Source: Mobula hypostoma (taxonomy: Eukaryota). Taken from it: a stretch of 64,000 bases of DNA. The stretch spans positions 74,402,001 to 74,466,000 of the forward strand of contig NC_086097.1 in assembly GCF_963921235.1 (NCBI RefSeq), written 5' to 3'. Position numbers and translations under genes: made by a program. Of this stretch, positions 12,400 through 24,800 are shown one piece after another; positions within the stretch are counted from its first letter, which is position 1, and the number at the start of each line of letters is the position of its first letter. Under the pieces are notes generated by a model that was given only the letters and a program-made list of their open reading frames with translations, did not search any database and was not told where the DNA came from.

Positions 12400-14330
12400 C
12401 TGAATCAAATGAATGAGCCTGGTGCAAAGCAAAACTGGTAGGACTTGCTACTACTCATGTGATGAAGGTCATTCCTCACAACTGAACCAGGTTAGGCCAA
12501 CAAAATGCTTTAACTTCAAAGGAAAACTTATAGAACCGTAATGTGCAGTGCTGATTGCAGGATAGCAAACTGGATTAATGTCAGACAGTAAACTCTCAGG
12601 CTGAGGTAAATGCTATCAAAGAAGGAGTTTGTACAACATTAAATCTGGGCCAGAGCATGAGGAACAATATTTGAACAATATATGTGTGCTACTGTTGGCA
12701 GTAATAGGAAATACTACAATTTTAAAATCAAGTTAAAACTAATGCATAAGTACAAGCAATGATGTAGGTGATTACTGCTCTGTGTTGGACTGAGGTAAAA
12801 TCGTGTTTATATTCAGCGTAGTGCTATGAGCGAAAGCATCCTGAAGTCTGGTGTCTCACAATGGTCATAAAGTTACGAGTTATGGTAGCCAGCTTCACAA
12901 ATGCACAGCTCTTTTAAGAAAAGATCAGTTCAAAGAAATGGGAGATTTACAATGATAAACTTCTGGAGCTGTCTGGAAGTTTGTAAACTGTCATTAAATA
13001 GCACCAAATTTGCACATACTATAAGCCAAGCACCAAGTTAATGCACTGGAAGATTTGACCAGTAAGAGGGAGAGCCAGAATGACATGGGTGGCAGAGAGT
13101 TGCATGAGTAACATCCATTGACATGACGTGGCATTGACGTGATGCCCAAAGCAGATAACATGTTCGGGCTTTATAAAGGTTATAAGGCATTTCTAAATTG
13201 AGGCATAGATAATGAGCAAGTCTTTTTATTTAAGTTATGGGATCACTACACTGATCCTTAATAATTAGAATTTATTCTAGGCACGTGCACAATTAAAAAT
13301 TGAGGAAGAAAGCCAAAACAGATTTATAATCCACACCTATAGTGGGACTTACACTTGTAACAAGTTGTATTATGGCATGATAGAGTGGCCCAAAATGTTT
13401 CAATCCACCATAGACAAGGCATGTCCACAACCAAAGTGATAATTTTTAATCACAAGTACTACAGAGAAGGAAAATCCTGGAATTCTTGGTGGTATTCAGG
13501 GGCTTCATTAACATAACATCAAGCTTTAGGTTGGAAAGTGCTTCATAACACAGAGAAAACTGGTTTATTTGGCCCAAGGTTCAATGCAGGCTATTGACAG
13601 AGCTAGAGACACTGAGAATCACCTTTCTTAAACTGGGTCAAAAGTTTGCCCAGTTGCTGCTAGAACTTGCCACAGCACTATCACTGCTATAACGTTGAAC
13701 CAACCATACAAAGAGGAAAAATAGGAACCTTCAGAGCAATTCCTTCCTGGTGCATTTTGACACAACTTTCACACAAAGAGTCATCTGTGATCCATTTGTC
13801 TATGGAGTTGGCACAGTTGTAACATTACAAATGACAGTCAGGCCAGTAACCTCTTTATCCCATTCACACCAATAAAAAACCAAAGGAACCATGACTACAT
13901 TTAGAGGGATTAACTGCTGAGATCAACCTGTTCCATCACTTCCCAGTATCATTTATCATGGTCACTATTCACAAGCCTTTGCTCATGCTTCTTGGACCCA
14001 AATCTGCAGATCCCACAAAGGCAGCCTCGTGTCTACAGCAGTTGGGATATCCTGTTAATTACAAACATCGAAAGAGAATACCACAGTGTATGTATCATCA
14101 GGATTGTTGATGAGGATTTTGATACAGATGTAGAAAAGGGAATATCCTTGCAGTCAATGAAGGGTGATTTTATTGTAACAGTGTGAGTTGATACAAAAGC
14201 ATCCAGCATTAAAGTGTGTATGCAACTGTATTTTGAGTGGTAATTTATACAGTATTTATAAACTTTCAGATGACAAATATCACAAACTATCCACAAACCA
14301 AGCCTGCATCAACTGGGATCTCAGAGCAGA
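12400..14330 (+). mobile_element. Highly decayed Gypsy-type LTR retrotransposon pol remnant
   Basis: RT-like IIHTYSGTYTCNKLYYGMIEWPKMFQSTIDK (about 13325-13420), RNase H-like VICDPFVYGVGTVV (about 13780-13822) and TIHKPLLMLLG (about 13963-13996). Confidence 0.6.
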
Positions 14331-14344
14331 ATAGAAAGCCTAGT

Positions 14345-14785
14345 CATGGAAGAATAGGTTGGACAAGCTGGGACATTTTTCTTTGGAAGACAGGAAAATG
14401 AAGAGTAAATCTGTGGAGGTGTGTAAATTCACAAGGAGCATAGCATAGGGTGAATGCACACAGTCTTTTCTCGAGTGTTGGGAAATCAAGAACTCGAGGA
14501 CATGGGCTCAAGGTGAGGGGCAGAGATTTCACATGAACCCAAGGGGCACAATTTTGACCTTGATTGTGGTCTGGATATGGAATGAGCTGACAACGCAAGT
14601 GCTTCAGGTAGATACAGGACATGAACCACATTTAAACACACTTAGACTGCGTCTGATAGGAAAAGTTTCAGGGGATATGGATCAAACAATGGCAAATGGG
14701 ACGAGATTAGATTGCAGTCATTGTTAGCATGGACCAGTTGGGCCGAATGGCCTGTTTCTTTGTGGTACGACTCTATAACTCTATA
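14345..14785 (+). mobile_element. CR1 LINE 3' end
   Basis: tcaagaactcgaggacatgggctcaaggtg (SRTRGHGLKV) and the 3' UTR ttgggccgaatggcctgtttc...gactctataactctata. Confidence 0.88.
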
Positions 14786-15674
14786 ACCTTGCTTGCAACT
14801 TGTCAAATGAGGGCAGCAGCCTACAGCTTTGCCTGTGATGCTGCATAGAGAATGATCTGGAAGAACTAGCCAGCAGCTGCCTTGTTTGCTCAGGCTGCAG
14901 ATCACAGCAAGACCTCTTGTTCACAAAGACTGCTGTGAGCAAGTTGTGGACAACTTCATGCTGTCATCCAAATTGGACCGAGGTAAAGCAAATGGTGTGA
15001 CATACCACCACTGAGCATACTGCAGAAAAATCCAGGTCCATTTTGTGACACATGATTTTCATGAGGAAATTTTACCAGATTATTCCCTACTACATTGATC
15101 ATTTCAATTTGAACTGCTTATGAAATGAAAATCGGATTCAATGCCATTTCATATCTTAACATTTGTTCTCAAACTGAAAAGATGAGAAACCAGTCAGATG
15201 TGGTGATCCCACAGAATCAGCAGAGGTGGTGGGTCTTCAGGCAACTAAGGAGTTTGGTTGTTGATGATCAGTACACAAAGTGAATGAAACATTTAAAAAA
15301 TCAACTCACGTAAAGTAGATCTGGAGCATTGATCATATCATATGGGATCCAAGGTGAGATGGTAAAATGGTCACAACATTTGCTTGGTCAAAGAAGACAC
15401 AGCGTAGTGATGGACGGGTATTTTTATGACTGGCAATATGTGACCAATGGCGTTCCACAGGAATCAATGCTGGGACTCCTGTTGTTTGTGATATACATTG
15501 TTCACTCTAGGTGAAAATGTAGGTGATCCGATTAGCAAACTTGCAGATGACAGAAAAATTTGTGAACAGTGAGGAAGATTGTCAAATGATACTGCAGGAT
15601 ATAGCTGGCAATGTGGGCAGACAAGTGGCAGATGGAGTTTAATGTAAATGTAAAGTGTTGCATTATGGAAGTGT

Positions 15675-16160
15675 TGTCACGGGAAAGCAACATCTATCAT
15701 CTGGGACCCCCACCACCCAGGTCATGCTCTCTTCTCATTGCTGCCATCAGGAGGAAGGAACAGGAGCCTCAGGACTCACACCACCAGGAACAGTTATTAC
15801 CCCTCAAGCATCAGACTCTTGAACAAAAGGGAATAACAGCATTCAAAGCCACCTGCCCTATCATTAAAATGCTCCCACAACCTATGGACTGACTTTCAAG
15901 GACTCTTCATCTCATATTCTCAATATTTATTGCTCATTTATTTATTATTATTATTATTATAATTATTATTTATTTCTGTTAGTATTTACACAGTTGGTTG
16001 TTTTTTTGAGACTGGCTGAACGCCCAAGTTGGTGCGCTCTTTCATTGCTTCTATTATGGTTATTATTCTGTGATGGATTTATTAAGTATAAGAAAACTAA
16101 TCTCAGGATTGTTCATGGTGACATATATGTACTTCATTTTTAAAAAATTACTTTGAACCT
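15675..16160 (+). mobile_element. Rex1/Babar-type 3' fragment with a (TAT)n tract
   Basis: ggacccccaccacccaggtcatgctctcttctcattgctgccatcagg (DPHHPGHALFSLLPSG). The 3' UTR is like that at 59870-60010. Confidence 0.8.
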
Positions 16161-16502
16161 TGATCTTTTTGCTAGTCTTATTGCTTCCCACAAAGGGCAA
16201 CATTAGTGGATAGGATGGTAATGAAGGCCTATGACATAATGACTTTCATTGGTTAGGGTGTTGAGTACAAAAGCCAAGAAGGTATGTTGCAGTAAAACTT
16301 TGGCTGAGCCATATTTGGAGTTCTGGTCACAATATGCTAAGAAGGATGTGGAGGCTTTGGAGAGTGTACTGACAAGGTTCACCAGGATGTTGCCTGGATT
16401 GGAGAATATTAGCTATAGGACAGCTGAGCCAACTTGAATTGTTTACAATGGAACACTGGAGACTGAGGGATAAACTGCCAGAAATACATAAAATGACGAG
16501 TG

Positions 16503-17080
16503 GCAAGGCAAGGCAAGTTTATTTGTACAGCACTCTTCAAACACAAGGCAGTTCAAAGTGCTTTACATAAAACAAGATATAAAAATTAAATGTCAACTTT
16601 CAGACAATATAAAGAGAATAAAGTCATGTATAAAAATAAAGAACAAGAAGTTACAGTGCAGGAGATTCTAATTAAAACCTACAGCAAAAAGAAAAGTTTT
16701 AAGCGTCAATTTAAGAGAGCTTAAAGCTGGGGCAGACTTCAGATCCTCTGGAAGGTTATTCCAGATATGTAGAGCATAGTAACTAAAAGCTGCTTCACCA
16801 TGTTTAGTTTTGACCCTGGGGACACTAAGCAGACCCGCCCCAGATGACCTGAGAGCTCAGGAAGTTTCATTATGCAGCAAGAGATCAGAGAATATTTTGG
16901 CCCTAGACCATTCAGTGCTTTATAAACCAGTAGTAATATTTTAAAGTCAATCCTCTGATGGACAGGAAGCCAGTGTAGTGATCTGAGACTGGGGTGATGT
17001 GTTCTACTTTCTAGGTCTTATTGTGGACTCTAACAACAGTGCTCTGAATGAACTGCAGTTGTCTGAGGGAATTTTTACAG
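16503..17080 (-). mobile_element. L2-clade LINE 3' end (teleost-like)
   Basis: The minus strand encodes HITP...LHWLPVHQRIDFKILLLVYKALNGLGPKY...LRSSGAGLLSVPRVKTKHGEAAFSYYA...WNNLPEDL. The 3' UTR reads tgtaaagcactttgaactgccttgtg...gtgctgtacaaataaacttgccttgccttgc. Confidence 0.9.
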
Positions 17081-17281
17081 GTAGATAGGGTCTTTTTCCC
17101 AGAAGGAAAGGTCAGGGACTGTAGACCGTAGATATAAAGTGAGAGGAGGAAAGTATAAAGATGTGCAAAACACATTTATTTACATATTGAGTGTCGGGTG
17201 CTGGGGAGAGGTGACTGGTGTAGACATGATACATTTAAGAAGCATTTTGACAATCACATGAATAGGGAGAGAATAGAAGGA

Positions 17282-17750
17282 ACACACACCAAGTGCTGGA
17301 TGAACTCAGCAGGTCAGGCAGGTTCTATGGAAATGAACAAACAGTCCCGTTTCGGGTCGAGACCCTTCATTAGACTGGAAAGGAAGGGGGAAGATGATAT
17401 AATAAAAAGGTGGGGGGAGGGTAAGCAGGATAGCTGGAAGGTGAAAGGTGAAGCCAGATGGGTGGGAAAAGATAAAGGGCTAGAGAGGAAGGAATCTGAT
17501 AGGAGAGGTGAGTGGACCATAGGGGAGGGAAGGATAAGGGGACCCAGGGGGAGGTGATAGGCAGGTGAGAAGAGGTAAGAGTCCAGATTGGGGGAATAGA
17601 AGAAGAAGGGTGAGGGAAGGATTTTTTTTATGGGAAGGAGAAGTCAAAATTCATGCCATCAGTTTGGAGACTACCTAGATGGAATATAAGGTGTGTTGCT
17701 CCTCCGCCCTGAGGGTGGCCTCATCTTGGCACTAGAGGAGGCCATGCACC
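17282..17750 (-). mobile_element. PLE 3' fragment: GIY-YIG C-terminus, polypyrimidine UTR and hammerhead
   Basis: The minus strand encodes GLL*CQDEATLRAEEQH(fs)LIFHLGSLQTDGMNFDFS. A degenerate hammerhead lies at 17342-17378. TSD gagagaat(a/g)ga(a/g)gga at 17267-17281 and 17751-17765. Confidence 0.9.
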
Positions 17751-18314
17751 GAGAGAATGGAGGGATATAGACATGAGCAGGTAGATGGAATTAGTTCAAA
17801 CTGGCTTCATTATGTGGGCTGAAGGTCCTGTCCTGCACCACTCTGTTCAAGGTTCTATGACTCAAAGGTGATGTACTGCTGATGCACTGAACACTCTTGC
17901 AAAGGTGCTCATTCAAATGAGTTATGGAATACTCAAAATTGGTCCAGTCAAAGGCGAAGGATTGGCAGTTAAATTAAAGCAAATATTATGTCACATGCTG
18001 TAAAGCAACAAGCTTCAGATTACATGGTAAGGTTCATGTGCTGAGTCCTCAGGGCAGGTCAGAGATGGGAAATGGGAACCGGCGGGACTGTGGTGTTATA
18101 TACTTACAAACATTACCTCATATGCATTGGTGAAAGATTCAAAAAGGTTCATTTGAAATATTTGATCTCCTGGCAAGAAACCCAAGAGTATAGTGACAAA
18201 AATTGTGAGTTTGAACACTTGAGATGGATGTTAGACAGCTACTGAAGAGTCAACATACAGCATAACTGAACAGAATCAAGCAGTGACAACATCAAGTGCC
18301 TTCAGAAATGCATT

Positions 18315-19640
18315 AGAACATAGGACAGTACAGCATATTACAGGCTCTTTGGCCCACAATGTTGTGTTGACTCTTTGTCCCACACTAAGATCAATCTAAC
18401 CCTTCTTTCCCACATAGCCTTCTATTTTTCTTTCAACTACAGTATGTGCCTATCTAAGAGTCTCTTAAAAGTCCTTGATGTACCTGCCTCTACTATCAAC
18501 CCTGGTGCATATTCAATGCACCTACAACTCTGCGTATAAAAATCTACCTCTGACATTCCCCCACCCCCATTTCTACCTCTTGCTGAAGCTTAAATATGCT
18601 TTCTCTTCTTCTTGACTAGATGTTCCACATCTCTTATCAACCATGGTTCCATTACCCTACCATCCTTTACCTGGCTTAATGGAGCAAGCCTATCCAGAGA
18701 CCCAGCAAGTGGTCCCTAAATAACATTTTCGTGTTGTACATTTCCCCGAGTACATCTGTTCCCAATTTACACTCCCAAACTCCTGCCTAATAGCATCATA
18801 ATTCATCCTCCCCCAATTAAATACTTTTCCATACCATTTGCTCTTATCCCTGTCTAAGACCGTGGTCACTCTCTCTGAAATGCACACCCACTGAGAGATT
18901 TGTTGCCTCACCAGGTTCAGTATGACCTCTCCTATAGTCAGCCTGTCTACATATTGTATCAGGAATTCTTCCCGGACACACCTAACAAATTCTGCCCCAT
19001 CTAAACCTTTTACATTAAAAACATGCTAATCATTACAAGGGAAGATAAAGACACCCATGACAATAACCCTGTTAATTTTGCACCTTTCCAAAATCTGCCT
19101 CCTGATCTGCTGCTCAGTATCTCTGTTGCTCTTGTAAGGAGAGGGGGAAGTGGGGGTGATCTACAGAATGCTCCCAATTGAGTGATTGCTCCCTTCCTGG
19201 TTCTGACTTTCATCCACATTGACTCAGTAGATGATACCTCCACGATATCTCTCTTTTTGCAGCTGTGATACTATCCCTGATTAACAATGCCAGCACCCAC
19301 CCACCCCCCCGCCAGCTCTTTTACCTCCCTCTTTTTCCCATTTGAAACAGCTAAACCCCAGAACATCCAGCAGCCATTCCTGCTCTTGTGACAGCCAAGT
19401 CCCTGTAATGGCCACAATGTCGTAGTTCCATCTTCTAACCCATGCTGTAACTTCATTGCACAAGTATCTGATACTTCCACATTGAAAGAGAGACAGTCCA
19501 ACCCATCCAACTGACAGCAATTATGCCCTTTTCACTGTCAATCTTTCCTCACAATTTCCCTACATGCTGCACCAATTGCCCCATCTTCTGACTTATTATT
19601 CTAGTTCCCATTCCCGTCAAACTAATGTAAACACTCCTGC
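18315..19640 (-). mobile_element. Internally deleted CR1 LINE (endonuclease region joined to the 3' end)
   Basis: WNYDIVAITGTWL and STESMWMKVRTRKGAIT endonuclease motifs. The 3' UTR lies at 18315-18560. Confidence 0.85.
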
Positions 19641-19996
19641 CCGCAAGGGTACTGGACCCCTTGAGGCAATGCATTCACATACTAGCCACGTGCATATCGT
19701 GATTATGGAGCAGTTTAGTGACTCACCTCCTACAACCCAAACCCTTTCCATAATCAGGTATGTGATGGAATGATCTCACTTGCCTAGGTTGAGCCTTGCT
19801 TCAGCAATCCTCAAGAAGCTCCATGCCAGTCACTGCAAAACTGTCTGCTTGGTTGAGGCCTGATCCACTACCCTAAAATTTCATCCTGCACCACCAGCAC
19901 ACAGTGGGTGTAGAGTGTATCATCTATAAAATACAATACAGCTACCCATCTAAGAGGCTCTGACAGCACCTCTGAACCCTAACACCTTCTCCTGCC

Positions 19997-21340
19997 CATC
20001 ATCATCCACAAGCACTTGTAGTCAAGTATGATTCTTCTCCTGGTGGTTGACCTGGTCACTTGTGGGTTTTGAGATAACTGAAGAGGCCAATCTGTGATCC
20101 ACAAGTCCTATTGCAGTGTTGGCAGGTGTAGGTCATTGAGATGGTGGTGGATATAGCTGGTTGGGCCTTTCCCAGTCTCTCCTTACATTGAAGCAGCTTA
20201 GTCTCAGCGGTACAGTGGAGGTATTCCTCGAGCTGTGCAGTCCCCTCATAGACAATCCTTCTCCAGCTTTACCTGTCCTGTGCTAACTTCTCCCTTCCAT
20301 TCAGGCTGATGTGGCACTTCCTCAGTTGGGTCTTGATATTGTTCTTGAACTGCTTTTTCTGCCCTCCAGGAGTGAACTTTGCATCCTTTAGCTGGCTGAA
20401 CAGGCGTTGTCTGGGGAGACGGGAGTCAGGCATACGGGTGATGTGACCCACCTGTCGCAATTGGCGTTAAGTCACAATTGTGGCTATGGAGTTAATGTTA
20501 GCTTCCTTCAGGATACTGGAGTTAGTACGCCTGTTCTTCCAGCGAACTCCCAGAATCTTTCAGAGGCATCTCTGATGGTAAGTTTCTAGGAACTTTATGT
20601 GCCTGCTGTACGTTGTCCATGACTCTGCTCCATATAGCAAGGAGGTGGTGGGGGAGGAACTATGGCTTTGTAAGCCAGAAACTGAGTGTTGGTCTTGATA
20701 TCCCAATCTTCAAAAACCTTTTTTCTCAGCCTGGCAAAACTTCAATTGCACAGCCTATTCTGCAATTTATTTCAAGGTCAATGTTGGCTCTTGAAGAAAG
20801 AAGGCTGCCAAGCTATAGGAAATGATCAATGTTCTCAAGAGGGATGTTGTCAACTTGGATTGTTGGAGGTTTAGGAGCTTGATCTGGAGCAGGTTGGTGC
20901 AGTACTTGGATTTTCTTGATGTTTAGATAAAGTCCCATGAGCTTGTATGTTCTGGCAAAAGCATCCATTATGCTCTGCAGATCCTCCTCAGAGTGAGTTA
21001 CGATGGCATTGTCATCTGCATATTGGAGCTCCATGATGGAAGTGGTTGACACCTAGCTCTTTGCCTTGAACCTGTTAAGGTTAAAGAACCCCCCATCTCT
21101 CCTATAGAGAATCTGGACTCCTTGTGGGAGGTCTTGGCCTGTAAGGTGAGGAAAAGTTGCAATGAAAATGGCAAACAGAGATGGGGCAATGATGCACCTC
21201 TGTTTGACCCCGGTCTCAACGTTAAAAGGTGCTGTTTCAAAGCCACTATTGCTGATGACTGTTACACTCATATCATTGTGTAAGAGCTGCAAGGTCTTCA
21301 GGTATTTCTCTGGGCACCCGATTCTGGACAGTACTTGTCA
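19997..21340 (-). mobile_element. RTE-clade LINE, non-inverted 3' part
   Basis: QVLSRIGCPEKY, TGVKQRCIIAPSLF, ELQYADDNA, GHITRMPDSRLPRQRLF and GGQKKQFK. A (TGA)n tail is seen as catcatcat near 19997-20005. Confidence 0.93.
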
Positions 21341-21808
21341 AAGGGCAGTATCAAAGAGGTACAGGCAGCTTGCAAGAAATTTGAAGAACAACAAGGACAC
21401 TGGGCCTGATGGAATTCCAGCAGAAATCCTCAAGGAAGGTGGCAGAGAATGTTTAAATCATATTCATGACCTGCTTGTCAAGATGTGGGACCAGGAGAAG
21501 ATTCCAGCTGAACTCAGGGATGCCCTGATTGTCACACTCTTCAAAAAGAGTGACAAAGCTGTCTGTAGAAATGAGAGAGGCATTACCCTCCTCTCTGCAA
21601 CTGGAAAGGTGCTCACCTGAATTTTATGTGACTGGCTTTCATATCTGGCAGAAGATCTCTTGCATGAATCTTAGTGTGGCTTTCATCCAGCCAGAGGAAC
21701 ATGTGACATGATTTTTACAGTGCGTCAATTGCAGGAGAAAGCCCGAGAACAAGATCTCCCACTTATTTTGGCCTTCATAGACCTTACGAAAGCATTTGAC
21801 TCTGTAAT
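21341..21808 (+). mobile_element. RTE-clade LINE, inverted 5' segment of the same insertion
   Basis: LKNNKDTGPDGIPAEILK...RGITLLSATGKVL...DMIFTVRQLQEKAREQDLPLILAFIDLTKAFDSV. Confidence 0.92.
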
Positions 21809-24800
21809 TCCACCACCAAGTCCCTGGGATCACCAACACCTGCAGATTCTTCAGGATTTCAACTCATATTTCCCAAACTGGAAATATTAAGATTCATCAT
21901 AGAATGCCCCTCTCTACAATAGTACAGACAGAGTACCTTAAGTAAAATGATTTTAGTGGTTCAAGAAGGTAGCTTTTCACTACCCCTCAAGGGCAACAAT
22001 GGGTAGGAAGTAAATGTCTTGACAGAAACAACAGGTGTGGAAAAATGAATAAACGCGGTGGGGGGGGGGGCGTGGAGGAGCCCTGGACCTTGGATTCAGA
22101 CCTGGAGATCTAAACAATGCCAATAATTGAATGGTACTTGTGAGGTTTGCTTGATATCTCAGGGTGTGAGTGAACTAATTTCTTATAGCTTTGAAAAATA
22201 AAGTCACTTGAGCTAAATATTACATCTATTATATGTCAGCTGGTGGAACATCAGTTAGAATTTAAACATGAGTAAATTACTTATATAGTGAATGAGATGA
22301 ATTGTTTCAATTAAATTAGATCAGGGAATTCTTGCTTACTTACATGCAGAATATGCAAAAGTTTTAGACAGGAGTTGTCCTTGTAGATTGATTCGCAAAA
22401 ACAGCATTCACGATCACAATAGTCAAAAGCACAAGGTGACAGCTGCTCTCTTGTGTCTTGAACCTCAGCTGAATACCAACCTTGGCAAGCCTTGTCCAGC
22501 TGTCATTGTTGTGGTTAATGTGTGTTTTCCTTTCTGAACAGTACTTCTGTGGATAATGGGAAGTTGTAAACTTAGTTTAACCCCGTGCATGTCATAATGA
22601 ACTGAGGTCAACATGAGGTGTGCCAATGATACTAAATCAGTGTCTTTTAAAATAAAACTGCTTTCTGACCACTTGACTGTAAAGAGCTATTTCCAAAGAC
22701 CCCTGTGATTCCAGTTTCAAAAACAACTTCTGGTTTTAAACTAACAGAAATATAGCAGTTGTGGAAGATTTCCGCTTTGAAGATGAAACCTTAAATGTAT
22801 TTGATGTGTTTGTGATTTTTCTATGAATAGCAAACAGTGGAAACTTGACAATCGTCACCAAGCTAGTTAACTTCTTAATTCATCCGAAGCACACTCAAAA
22901 TGCAGATTTCCCTTTTAATCATTAGCTAACCACATTGTCCAGATCCTGACAAATTCAATCTAATTTTTCATCCAAATACTTTGCTCATTCTGGGTTGAAC
23001 GAATGCATCAGATAAAGATTAGGATGGCAACCATTTTCTGAGAACTTGCAAATGTTTTTTGAGCAACAGACTAATCAGCCATCTAGCAGATGTATTGTCC
23101 CTTGTAGAGTGGGTTAAGCTAGATGCCTTATTTGTTGATATCCAAGCATTCAAAGAGAGTAAAATAATATTAGGTAAGCTTCAAGATTAATAAATTTCAA
23201 CAACCACTGTCCCCCAACCTTCTAACTAGTTGGATACTGCACTTTTAGTCTATTTCTGTGCATAGCACTGCATGTAAGGGCAAGGTGGGGCACAGGGTCT
23301 CCACTCACTTTAAGGATGTTGGGGAAGCGTATTATAATGCTGTTATACATATCTCTCCAAAAGTAGTTGAAGTGAAATTCACACTCGCCTATGTTTCAGA
23401 GTTTCTGGGGCAGTTTAGCTATGGCTATCTGGATCACTTGTTCGGTAGTTTTCGTTTCAGAGTTTCTGAACCATTTCTGCCCACGATGCCATGAGTTTGC
23501 CTGTAGGGGTCATCTACGCATTAGGTCCAGCAGAGATTAGAATTTGTTTCAGTCAGCTGAAAAACCAGGTATGCCAAATGCTTCAGCACTCTCATCTTCC
23601 ACATCTATATACTATGCATAAAGTGAGTTATTTTAAACAAGCAGATGCTACAGTTTAAGAGTGTTTTTGCACACAAAACACTGTGGGAAACTACATAATG
23701 ATCTTAATTCAAATAAATAAATGTTAGTCAAACAATAACTTAATTATTTGAATTATGGCATTAATAAATCAAAGAGTGCACAGTAAATAATACCATAAAT
23801 TTTATGATCTAATTTATGTCCTTCATTAGTATTCTTTGTTTAACATTTTATGTTTATTGATAAATGAAGATACATTTAAATAATTCAAACAAAACATTAG
23901 CTGCAAGCAAGGTATTAATAATTGATGGCAGCTGGAAGGTTTTTCACTTTGGGAATAGATAATATTAGCCTAATGTGGATCTGTAGAAATAGAGGAAATG
24001 TAATGGATCTGGTTGCTTTAACTGATGATGGTTATTGTGGTCTAAAACCTGCTACAAAGGCAAAAGCAGGATGTATCTGCAACATGCAATAGATTTTGTT
24101 AAAGGAAGCTGACAAAGCAGATTGTGGTTTCATACTCCAGATTTACACATAGCAGCACAGTTCCAATACCCAGAACAGGATCTCTTAGCATACACCAAGC
24201 ACTGGGACCAGAGGCAATAACATGACTGGAAAATAAAGATTAAATATTTTGCAAATATCATGAAGTCATTCGATTTGGACCTTGGTCTTAATAAAGAAGC
24301 AATTGTTTCATCCTTTCCATTAAAGCAAAGTTACTTTTTTTTAAAACTGCACTGGAGCTTTTATTAATAGAGCATTCTTGAAAAAAAATACAGCAGTTTG
24401 AAACTAAGTTATTAAAAGAAAATTAACTGAGTGGATGGATCACAACTCATACACTCTGTCTGGGTGGCTTTAATGATTCTGGTAAACCTGTTTAATACTT
24501 TATGACTTAAGCACTGGTGCGTCTGGAGTGAGCAGTTATGCATTTAAATGTGTACAAGATAAAAGTCTGCAGAACAAAGGACTCTTTTCTCCACTAGTAC
24601 GCTTTTCACATTCTGCAATAAACCAAAGCACAGCTCTTACATTTTCATGAAGAGTTTCATTCCATTACTAATTCGATTTATTGTCCTGTAACTCAAAATA
24701 CATTTGCAGAAATGGTCTTCTTACGAGTGGCACAATGCCAGACAACACCAGAGCATTACAACAGGCACAGAAGTGAAAGGATGGCAAAGGCTATGTCAGC

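Larger units (their letters stand above)
15320..17860 (+). mobile_element. CR1 LINE split by three nested insertions (Rex1, L2, PLE)
   Basis: Collinear pieces: GVPQESMLGLLLF and WADKWQMEFN (15320-15670), KDVEALESVLTRFTRMLPGL (16250-16500), and the 3' end (17080-17281 and 17751-17860). Confidence 0.85.
19750..22020 (+). mobile_element. Old LINE 3' remnant that hosts the RTE insertion
   Basis: The flanks 19750-19996 and 21809-22020 read as one decayed element ending in ctcaagggcaacaatgggtaggaagtaaatg. Same family as 60-600. Confidence 0.5.

Noticed and set aside
15940..15975. (TAT)n microsatellite, plus poly-G or poly-C runs at about 22060, 30836 and 51140
   Set aside because: Ordinary simple repeats, mostly within TE UTRs.
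23461..23568. Plus-strand exon candidate (tttcag|...CAG|gtatgc)
   Set aside because: Stop codons occur in all three frames. A non-coding or first-coding exon cannot be excluded but has no support.
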